Assembly (NCBI GenBank): GCA_033762915.1
Contig: JANRLD010000059.1
Coordinates: 1-49,234 of the forward strand
Reading direction: 5' to 3'
Length of the DNA stretch: 49,234 bases
Source: Meiothermus sp.
GTDB taxonomy: Bacteria > Deinococcota > Deinococci > Deinococcales > Thermaceae
How positions within the stretch are numbered: the stretch's first letter is position 1; each line of letters begins with the position of its first letter. The notes beneath the pieces are model-generated. The model had not been told where the DNA came from. It did no database searches and saw nothing but the letters and a program-made list of their open reading frames with translations. The position numbers and the translations under genes are program-made. Below are positions 41,887 to 49,234 of this stretch, one piece after another.

Positions 41887-43074
41887 CTAATCACTTCCCT
41901 GCAACCCCGCGATCAGCTTGTCCATGTCTGCCTTGGTGGTGTAGTGGGCTATCGAGGCCCGCACCAGGCCATCGGGGTAGAGACCCAGCGCGGTGATGGG
42001 CATGGTGGCGTACATGTGGCCCGCCGTCACCCCCACCCCCACCTTGCCCAGCCGCTCGGCGACCTTGAGGGGGTCCTGGCCCTTGAGGTTGAAGGCGAAG
42101 GTGCCTACCCGGCCCTTGGGGGTGGGCATGCCGTAGAGGGTCAGGCCCTCGATCTGGGGCAAGCGCTCGAGGCCGTACTCCACCAGCGGGCTCTCGAGGG
42201 CCTCGATCTGCCGGTAGGCCTCGACAAAGCCCGCCCGCCCTTCCAGGCCCCCGCCGAGATGGTCGCGCAGGTAGTCCAGGGTGCCCAGCCAGCCTGCCAG
42301 GCACTCGTGGTTGTTGGTGCCCGGCTCGAACTTGTAGGGCCCGCTGTCGGGCATGAACCACAGCTTGTCGGTGGGGAGCTGGGGGATGATCTCCTCGCGG
42401 ATGAAGGCGAACGCCAGGTGCGGCCCGAAGACCTTATAGGCCGAGAAGAAAGCGATGTCCACGCCCGTCGCCGTCACGTCGGGCAGGTGGTGGGGGGCGT
42501 AGTGCACCATGTCGGTCAGGCACCAGGCCCCCACCCGGTGGGCGATCTCGGCGGCGGCGGCCACGTCGGGGGCAGTGCCCAGCGAGTTGGCGGCGGAGCA
42601 GACCGCGACCAGTCGGGTTTTGGGGGTTACCAGCGCCTCGAGGTCGGCCGGCTCCAGGCGTCCCCCCTGGTCCCACCTGGCCTTCCAGACCTTGACCGTC
42701 ACCCCGACCTGCTGGAGCTGCCGCCAGGGCGAGGCGTCGGCCTCGTGCTCGAGTTCGGAGATGATCACCTCGTCGCCCGCGCCCCACATCCTCGAAAAGG
42801 CCCGGCTCATAATCCAGGCCAGGGCGGTCGAGCTGGGGCCGATGATGACTTCGGAGGGCTTGCAGTTCAGGTACTCCGCAGTGCGGACGCGGGACTCCTT
42901 CTTGATGTGGGTGGCAAGTTGCGAGCCGGGATAAGGGGCCTCGACGTTACAGCTGGCCGTGGACAAAAAGTTCACGATTCCCTGGATGCACTGCTGGGGC
43001 ACCTGGGCTCCGGCGGCGTTGTCGAGGACGCTGAAGCCCGAGGCCAAGGCGGGAAACTGGCTGGAAAAGGACAT
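41887..43074 (-). CDS. Cysteine desulfurase-like class V aminotransferase
   Basis: LDNAAGAQVP, DMVHYAPH, SAYKVFGPH and FEPGT motifs. Confidence 0.88.
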   Translation of the reverse strand: MSFSSQFPALASGFSVLDNAAGAQVPQQCIQGIVNFLSTASCNVEAPYPGSQLATHIKKESRVRTAEYLNCKPSEVIIGPSSTALAWIMSRAFSRMWGAGDEVIISELEHEADASPWRQLQQVGVTVKVWKARWDQGGRLEPADLEALVTPKTRLVAVCSAANSLGTAPDVAAAAEIAHRVGAWCLTDMVHYAPHHLPDVTATGVDIAFFSAYKVFGPHLAFAFIREEIIPQLPTDKLWFMPDSGPYKFEPGTNNHECLAGWLGTLDYLRDHLGGGLEGRAGFVEAYRQIEALESPLVEYGLERLPQIEGLTLYGMPTPKGRVGTFAFNLKGQDPLKVAERLGKVGVGVTAGHMYATMPITALGLYPDGLVRASIAHYTTKADMDKLIAGLQGSD

Positions 43075-43210
43075 GATTGATTATAAGTAGGCCGAACCAG
43101 ATGTAAAGATTTGGCGGAATTTCCGAATGGGGTTTGGGATTCGAGTTGCACCAGGGTTGGTTTGCTGCCCCAGGCGGCGTCAAGTGGGAGCAGGGCGCCC
43201 GTCTGCCAGC

Positions 43211-43236
43211 AAAAACCCCCACCAGCCGTGGGGGTT
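43211..43236 (-). terminator. Terminator
   Basis: AACCCCCAC...GTGGGGGTT hairpin followed by a T-run on the minus strand. Confidence 0.7.
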
Positions 43237-43266
43237 GCGTTTGGGGTTTCCCAGGCTTCGCGCCCT

Positions 43267-45066
43267 CTATCTCGAGCCCGCACGCGCTTTGCTCTGGATA
43301 TACACCGTCGCATGCGCTACTCGAGCGCCCTCCCGGGCCAGCACCAGGGCGCCGTCGGGTAGGTTCCAGACCATCAGGTCTTGCAGGCGGCGGGGCACCG
43401 AGCCGGTGTTGGAGACGTAGATGCTGTCGTCGGAGTAGCGCAAGGTGAGGATCAGGTTGCCCGCCCGGATGCTGGCGGGCTGGTCGCCTACAGTGGTGGA
43501 GCCGATGTCGCCGGCCAGGGTGTCGCGGGAGGGAGGGTGAAAGCCCAGCCACTCTGAGAGTTCGCGCTGTAGCGCCGGGGCGTAGTCCTCGAGGCCCATC
43601 ACCTTGGCGACCTCGTGCAGGTACTGAACCCACTGCGGGGCCCGCTGGATGCGGCCCTTAACCACTTCCAGGCCCTTGCGGGCGAAGTCCTGGAGGCTGT
43701 CTATGGGGGCCTCGGCGTACTTGGCGGCGGAGTCGGGGCTGTAGAGGTTGTAGGCCACCTCGCCCTTGAAACGGGCCGAGAGGGCCCGCATCAGGCGCAG
43801 GTAGGCGAAGTCCTGCTCGGGCCACAGCAGGTGGGCCAGGGCGCGCCCCTCGGCCTGGAGGTTGGAGAGGGTGGCGGCCTCGCGGGGCTCCACCCGCAGG
43901 TGAATGTACTCGCCGTAGCGGAAGACCCACAGCTCGGCGTCGGGGAGCAGCAAGAAGAAGGGGCTGCCGTCCTCGAGGGTGCGCTCCTGCTCGGCCACGC
44001 TAAGGCCGTAGACCTGCCCGGTCTGGGAGATGCCGATTTCCTGGCCGTAGAAGCGGAAGCGCTGGGGGCGCAGCCGCAGGGTCAGTCCCTTTTGGCCATC
44101 GGGCACCTGCGTCACCGCGTACTTGGGGCTGAGGCCGCCCAAAATCTTGGGCTGGATCTGGGGCCACTGGGCCTGACCCTTGGGGGCCGGGAGGTGCTTG
44201 GAGAGCAGATCGGCCACGCGCTCGATGGCGCCCCCGAAGCGGTTGCGGTCGTCCTCGAGCACCAGCGCCATACGCCGGTCCTCGGCGGCGGTGGCCGAGA
44301 GGCGGTCCTCGAGCTGCTTGATCTCGGTGGGGGCCAGACGCTGCCGCTTGGCCTCGTCGACGGCCCGGCGCAGCATGTCCACGCTGGGGCCTTTGGAGCT
44401 GGTCTTGAGCGCCCCCTCGGAGTCCAGGACGCGCCGCGCGAATCGCTTGAGGTAGGGGACGGTCTCCTCGGGGGGCAGCCTGAGCTTGGCAGAGAGGGCC
44501 TCGGCCTGGCGGAAGAACTCCAGCAGCAGGGTGGTGCCCACCTGGCCGTCGTCGAGCTGCATGCGGGGGTCGGTGAGGGCGGGGATGGCGTGAGACAGGC
44601 TGAACTTGGAGAGATTGAAGTCCTGGGCGAACTGGGGCGTGGCGGAGTAGGACTCGAGGTTTTGCAGCACTGCGTAGATCAGCCGCATCTCGTCGCGCTT
44701 GCCCTGGCTGAACTGCTTGGAGCTGCGGGACAGGTCGCGCTCGAGGTGTGCCCAGTAGACCATCTCGGTGAGCTTGTCCAGGGCCAGCCGCTCCGGGCTG
44801 GAGTCGGCAGAGTCCTCATCGAGGAAGATGGCCTCGAACTCGAGGGGAGCCTCCTCCGAGGTGGTCTTTTGGCCGGGGCGCTGGGCCTTGAAGCGGGCGT
44901 CGATCTCGCGGAACTTCTTGGCCAGGGGGCCGGGCAGGTTGGACTGCATTAAGGTCTGGCGGAGCCGGGTGATAGAGGCGTGACCCCCCTTGGGCTCGAC
45001 ACCATTGCTAAGGTCGGCGACCTTGTATTCATACAGCTCTAGTAATTCAACCATCCCGGCTATCAT
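43267..45066 (-). CDS. Hypothetical protein (~599 aa)
   Basis: Long ORF with host codon bias, a TATAAT before the start and a terminator after; no motif recognised. Confidence 0.85.
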   Translation of the reverse strand: MIAGMVELLELYEYKVADLSNGVEPKGGHASITRLRQTLMQSNLPGPLAKKFREIDARFKAQRPGQKTTSEEAPLEFEAIFLDEDSADSSPERLALDKLTEMVYWAHLERDLSRSSKQFSQGKRDEMRLIYAVLQNLESYSATPQFAQDFNLSKFSLSHAIPALTDPRMQLDDGQVGTTLLLEFFRQAEALSAKLRLPPEETVPYLKRFARRVLDSEGALKTSSKGPSVDMLRRAVDEAKRQRLAPTEIKQLEDRLSATAAEDRRMALVLEDDRNRFGGAIERVADLLSKHLPAPKGQAQWPQIQPKILGGLSPKYAVTQVPDGQKGLTLRLRPQRFRFYGQEIGISQTGQVYGLSVAEQERTLEDGSPFFLLLPDAELWVFRYGEYIHLRVEPREAATLSNLQAEGRALAHLLWPEQDFAYLRLMRALSARFKGEVAYNLYSPDSAAKYAEAPIDSLQDFARKGLEVVKGRIQRAPQWVQYLHEVAKVMGLEDYAPALQRELSEWLGFHPPSRDTLAGDIGSTTVGDQPASIRAGNLILTLRYSDDSIYVSNTGSVPRRLQDLMVWNLPDGALVLAREGARVAHATVYIQSKARAGSR

Positions 45067-45089
45067 CTAGGCGCTATTATAGAACCTGT

Positions 45090-45848
45090 ATGCGTTTGGC
45101 GCGGTTAGATATAGCCACAGAATCCAACATTGGTCGTCGTCGGCGTAACAACGAGGACTTCCACCGGGTGGCGATCTACCCCACGCCCTCGGGGAACCTG
45201 GTTTTACTGGCAGTTGCGGACGGCATGGGTGGTAATGAGGCGGGCGAATTGGCAAGCAAGCTGGCCATCGAGGGCATCAGCGAGGCGGCCCGCTCCTACG
45301 CCGAACACCTCTCCAGCGGCAGGGCCGGGGTGGGGCTGGCCTCCCTGATGGACAAGGCTTTCAAGTTCGCCCAGAAGCGCATCGAGCAGGAGGGCCAGAA
45401 GTTCCCCGAGCGCAAGGGCATGGGCACCACCCTGACCGCCGTGCTGCTGACCGAGTGGAACCGGCAGGGGGTGGTGGGCCACATCGGCGACACCCGCGCC
45501 TACCGCTACTCCTCGGGCAGGTGGACCCAGCTCACCCAGGACCACTCCTGGGTGGCGATGCAGGTTCGGCAGGGGGTTATGACCGCCGACCAGGCCGAGT
45601 CCCACCCCTGGAAGAACATGCTGACCCAGGCGCTGGGCCTTACCGACACCCGCTTCGACGTAATCCCGGTCTCCTTCGCACCCGGCGAGGTGCTGATCAT
45701 CGCCACCGACGGGCTCTACGGGCTGGTGCCCCCCGGCGAGTGGAACGTGCAGGGCGACCTCCAGTCGGCCCTCGACGACGGCCTGGCCAAGGCCCTGGTG
45801 CGCGGCGGAACCGACAACATCACCGCAATCGCCGCGAGGTTCAAATGA
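45090..45848 (+). CDS. PP2C-family Ser/Thr protein phosphatase
   Basis: NED, VADGMGG, GMGTT, HIGDTR, TQDHS, ATDGL and GGTDNIT motifs. Confidence 0.95.
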   Translation: MRLARLDIATESNIGRRRRNNEDFHRVAIYPTPSGNLVLLAVADGMGGNEAGELASKLAIEGISEAARSYAEHLSSGRAGVGLASLMDKAFKFAQKRIEQEGQKFPERKGMGTTLTAVLLTEWNRQGVVGHIGDTRAYRYSSGRWTQLTQDHSWVAMQVRQGVMTADQAESHPWKNMLTQALGLTDTRFDVIPVSFAPGEVLIIATDGLYGLVPPGEWNVQGDLQSALDDGLAKALVRGGTDNITAIAARFK

Positions 45849-45885
45849 GACGTCCCCCGCCCAACGCAATTGCCGAGAGGTTCCA

Positions 45886-47913
45886 ATGAGTTACCTGATC
45901 GCCCTCCTGCTCGTCGTGATTGCTACCGCGCTGGCCTTGCGGGTGGACCGGGTCTGGGTGCTGCTGGCCCTCCTGGGGACCATCCTGGGCCTGATGGGCT
46001 ACCTCTCGAGCCAGCCCCTGGCCATGATTGCGGCAGCCCTGGTGGGCCTGACCTCGATGTGGGTGCCCCGCAGCATCAGCATCTCGCGGCCCGTGGTCAA
46101 GGCCCCCACCCCCCGGCGGCGCGAAACCAAGCCGGGCAACGCCAAGATCAGCCTGGGCGCCAGCATGTCCGGCCTCGAGGCCACCTACGACATCCTGGAG
46201 AAGGTGGGTATCGGCGGGATGGCCACGGTCTACAAGGCCAAGAACAAGAAGGAAGCCCGCATCGTGGCGCTCAAAATCCCGCAGGAGAAGTACGTCGGCG
46301 ACCCCCGCTTCGTGCGCCGCTTCCACCGCGAGGCCGAGCTGCTGGCCCACCTCGACCACCCCGGCATCGTCAAGGTGTTCGACCACGGCAACTACGGCGA
46401 CACCCACTTCATCGCCATGGAGTTCCTCGACGGCGACGGCCTCGACCGGCTGATCGAGAACAAGAAGCTGGGCATGCGCTCGATTGTGGAGTCCATGTCG
46501 CGCGTGGCCGAGGCTTTGCAGCACATTCACGCCCAGGGCATCATCCACCGCGACATCAAGCCCGGCAACATCATGGTGCTCAAGAACGCCATCCGCGAGG
46601 ACGGCGCAGTGGACCCGCGCGGGGTGCGCCTGATGGACTTCGGCATCGCCGCGGGCAAGGTGCTCACCCGCCTGACCATCACCGGCGCGCGCATCGGCAC
46701 GCCGGTCTACATGAGCCCCGAGCAGGCCAAGGGCCAGCGCATCGACCACCGCTCGGACATCTACAGCTTGGGGGTGGTGTTCTACGAGGCGGTCTGCGGC
46801 CAGCCGCCCTTCCAGGGGGCCTACGAGGCGGTGATCCACCAGCAGATCACCCAGATGCCCACCCCGCCCAAGCAGGTTAATCCCGACATCCCCCAGGTGC
46901 TCTCCGACATCATCTTCAGAATGCTCGAGAAGGACCCCGACAAGCGCCCCAGCCTGGACACGGTGCTCGAGGTCCTGCGCAGCAAGTGGCAGGAGGATCC
47001 CGGCCTCAACGCCCCCCTCTACCTGGCCCTGGCGGTCGAGACCAAGAAGGGCACCCTGCGCCTGATGGACCTGAACGGGGTGCTGGCCCGGATGTGGAGC
47101 GGGGTGGGCAGCGGGCGCGGCATGTTCCCCTCGCCCCCCCTGGCCCTGGCGGTCGACCACCACGGCGGCTTCTGGATCAGCCTCTTCGAGTACGGCGGGG
47201 GCGCGGTGCGCCTGGTGCACCGCTTCGATGTGGAGGGCGAAATCACCCACTCCATCGCCCCCTACGGAATGAAGCTGGGCGAGCTGCTCTACCCCGTGGC
47301 GCTGTGCGCCTCGCCGTCCGGGCTGCTGGTGCTCGACGGCGAGACCTGCTCGGTGACCCACTTCGACGCGGCCGGAACCCCTATATCGCGCTTCGGGGCG
47401 CAGGGGCCGGGCCGGGGCACCTTCGAGTCGCCCAAGGCCATCTGCTGCAACCGCCAGTACATCTTCGTCCTCGACTACGGCAACCGCCAGATTCAGCGGC
47501 TGAACTTCGAGGGGCAATACGTCTCGCGCTACGCCTTCCGGCGCTCCAAGGAGTCCCAGGAGCTGCGCACCCTGGCTGGGCTGGCCGTTAGCGACGACAA
47601 CCACCTGCTGGTCTACGATGCCGACAGCCAGAAGATCCGCAAGCTGACCCTGGAAGGCGAGGTGGTGCTCTCGCTGCCGCTGCCGGTGGGCGAAGGCGAG
47701 GACCCCTCTGCCCTGGTCGAGATGCTGATTCTGGGCGACACCCTGTATGCCGTGAGGCGCGGCGGCAGCCGGGTGCACCGCGTGGGGCTGAACGGCCAGC
47801 CCCAGAGCCCCCTCGAGGTCTACGCCCCCCTGCGCGGCCTCTCGGTCTGGCGCAACCCCGGCGGCCCGGCCAAGAAGGCCAAGAACGAGCTGTCGGCCCA
47901 GGCCTTTGATTGA
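45886..47913 (+). CDS. Hanks-type Ser/Thr kinase with N-terminal TM segments and C-terminal NHL-like propeller
   Basis: GIGGMATVY, VALK, HRDIKPGN, DFG and YMSPE motifs; C-terminal GxGxGxFxxP repeats. Confidence 0.93.
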   Translation: MSYLIALLLVVIATALALRVDRVWVLLALLGTILGLMGYLSSQPLAMIAAALVGLTSMWVPRSISISRPVVKAPTPRRRETKPGNAKISLGASMSGLEATYDILEKVGIGGMATVYKAKNKKEARIVALKIPQEKYVGDPRFVRRFHREAELLAHLDHPGIVKVFDHGNYGDTHFIAMEFLDGDGLDRLIENKKLGMRSIVESMSRVAEALQHIHAQGIIHRDIKPGNIMVLKNAIREDGAVDPRGVRLMDFGIAAGKVLTRLTITGARIGTPVYMSPEQAKGQRIDHRSDIYSLGVVFYEAVCGQPPFQGAYEAVIHQQITQMPTPPKQVNPDIPQVLSDIIFRMLEKDPDKRPSLDTVLEVLRSKWQEDPGLNAPLYLALAVETKKGTLRLMDLNGVLARMWSGVGSGRGMFPSPPLALAVDHHGGFWISLFEYGGGAVRLVHRFDVEGEITHSIAPYGMKLGELLYPVALCASPSGLLVLDGETCSVTHFDAAGTPISRFGAQGPGRGTFESPKAICCNRQYIFVLDYGNRQIQRLNFEGQYVSRYAFRRSKESQELRTLAGLAVSDDNHLLVYDADSQKIRKLTLEGEVVLSLPLPVGEGEDPSALVEMLILGDTLYAVRRGGSRVHRVGLNGQPQSPLEVYAPLRGLSVWRNPGGPAKKAKNELSAQAFD

Positions 47914-48224
47914 AGCGATACGCAGTGAGCAATGACAATTGGGTGATGAGTTTTAGCCTTTGAGAAGCCTTCGAGCACGGCTCGAGGGCTTTTTCGTCTC
48001 GAGCCTCCTGTTCACGCCCGCGCAACGCCGCAGTTCACGGGGTTGGGGTTTTGTGAAGACAGTGTGTGAACTACAATGAACCCGTTCTCAGTCCAGGTGC
48101 TGTTCACTCTCTCGCCCTACTTCCCTTCCGTCTTCTCTGGCACTCGAGGCAGGACCAGTATTCGGACAGCACGGCTCGATGACCGCGGGGTGGGCCTCGA
48201 GCATTGGTTTCCAGGAGGATTCGA

Positions 48225-49234
48225 ATGCGTAGGCCATACAACCTCTTACTCGGTTCGGTGTTGCTCCTGCTGGCGGCGTGCGCCCAGCCCGCCCCGGCCG
48301 GCTCCCCCGGCCCCTCTGGCCCGGCCGACGCCGTCCAGACGACCCCGGCCGCCCTGTACGTAGGCGCCTGGGGCTGCGGCAGCGGCTCCAACTACGGCCA
48401 GTGCACCGTGCCCGCCCTGCCTGCGGGGGTGAGCTACACGGCGGTGTCGGCGGGCGATTACCACAGCCTGGCGCTGCGCTCCGACGGCAGCGTGGCGGCC
48501 TGGGGCTGTGGCAGTGCCTTCGACTTAGGCCAGTGCAACGTGCCCGACCTGCCCGCCGGGGTGAGCTACACGGCAGTGGAGTCGGGCACTTACCACAGCC
48601 TAGCGCTGCGCTCCGACGGCAGCGTGGCGGCCTGGGGCTGTGGCAGTGTCTTCGACTTAGGCCAGTGCAACGTGCCCGACCTGCCCGCCGGGGTGAGCTA
48701 CACGGCGGTCTCAGCAGGCACTTACCACAGCCTGGCCCTTCGCTCCGACGGCAGCGTGGTGGCTTGGGGCTGCCGCTTCCAGTTCGGCCAGTGCAGCGTG
48801 CCCGACCTGCCCGCGGGGGTGAGCTACACGGCGGTCTCAGCAGGCACTTACCACAGCCTGGCCCTGCGCTCCAACGGCCAGGTGGCGGCCTGGGGCTGCG
48901 GCAGCGGCCTCGACTACGGCCAGTGCAGCGTGCCTGCCCTGCCCGCCGGAGTGAGCTACACGGCGGTCTCAGCAGGCACTTACCACAGCCTGGCCCTGCG
49001 CTCCGACGGCAGCGTGGCGGCTTGGGGCTGCGGCAGCGGCAACGACGTCGGCCAGTGCACCGTGCCCGCCCTGCCCGCCGGGGTGAGCTACACGGCGGTG
49101 TCGGGGGGCTGGTTCCACAGCCTGGCCCTGGCCCCGGACACCGGCCCGCCGGTTACCAGTATCGTTCCGAGCCCCGCCACCCCCAACGGCTCGGGCGGCT
49201 GGTACACCACCACCGTCATCCTCCAGGTCTCGGC
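48225..49234 (+). CDS. RCC1/BLIP-II-repeat lipoprotein (partial, runs off window)
   Basis: AGGAGG RBS; MRRPYNLLLGSVLLLLAAC lipobox; six AWGC..GQC.VP.LPAGVSYTAV..G..HSLAL repeats. Not listed in the supplied ORF track because it has no stop in the window. Confidence 0.9.
   Translation, partial: MRRPYNLLLGSVLLLLAACAQPAPAGSPGPSGPADAVQTTPAALYVGAWGCGSGSNYGQCTVPALPAGVSYTAVSAGDYHSLALRSDGSVAAWGCGSAFDLGQCNVPDLPAGVSYTAVESGTYHSLALRSDGSVAAWGCGSVFDLGQCNVPDLPAGVSYTAVSAGTYHSLALRSDGSVVAWGCRFQFGQCSVPDLPAGVSYTAVSAGTYHSLALRSNGQVAAWGCGSGLDYGQCSVPALPAGVSYTAVSAGTYHSLALRSDGSVAAWGCGSGNDVGQCTVPALPAGVSYTAVSGGWFHSLALAPDTGPPVTSIVPSPATPNGSGGWYTTTVILQVS
48366..49130 (+). repeat. Six intragenic tandem repeats (132 bp; one 126 bp)
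   Basis: Units start at 48366, 48498, 48630, 48762, 48888 and 49020. Confidence 0.92.

Noticed and set aside
48366..49130. CRISPR array or DGR target
   Set aside because: The repeats are in-frame coding units with no spacer-sized unique segments. There is no cas or reverse transcriptase gene, and no clear adenine-specific variation.

Overview
GC-rich chromosomal window, most likely Thermaceae (Meiothermus/Calidithermus-like; inferred from gene content, -10 boxes sitting just before start codons and very dense CTCGAG). Housekeeping genes: prs, rpsO, acnA, Asp23+DAK2, pilT, comM/yifB, rplS, and a PP2C phosphatase + Ser/Thr kinase pair. It also holds a complete non-phosphorylative L-fucose-type catabolic operon, an iron-binding protein with Fur-like sites, several hydrolases and GNATs (one AAC(2')-like), and a partial RCC1-repeat lipoprotein. 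The most unusual part is an accessory island at ~12.5-15.6 kb: a low-GC OLD-type ABC-ATPase/TOPRIM gene broken by one TAG, a ParDE toxin-antitoxin pair between ~80-bp direct repeats, and a DUF559 (Vsr-like) endonuclease preceded by an inverted pair of REP-like hairpins. A related hairpin doublet recurs twice inside a ~213-bp MITE with terminal inverted repeats and target-site duplications. Related hairpins also sit inside other MITE-like ends, which suggests a DUF559-linked REP/REPIN-like family with no RAYT in this window. Other oddities are an L19 with an Ala-rich linker plus HhH domain, a DinB-PDZ fusion, and heptamer tracts (one inside a gene). No rRNA, tRNA, CRISPR array or intact transposase was recognised. 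All calls come from reading motifs by eye; no database searches were run.
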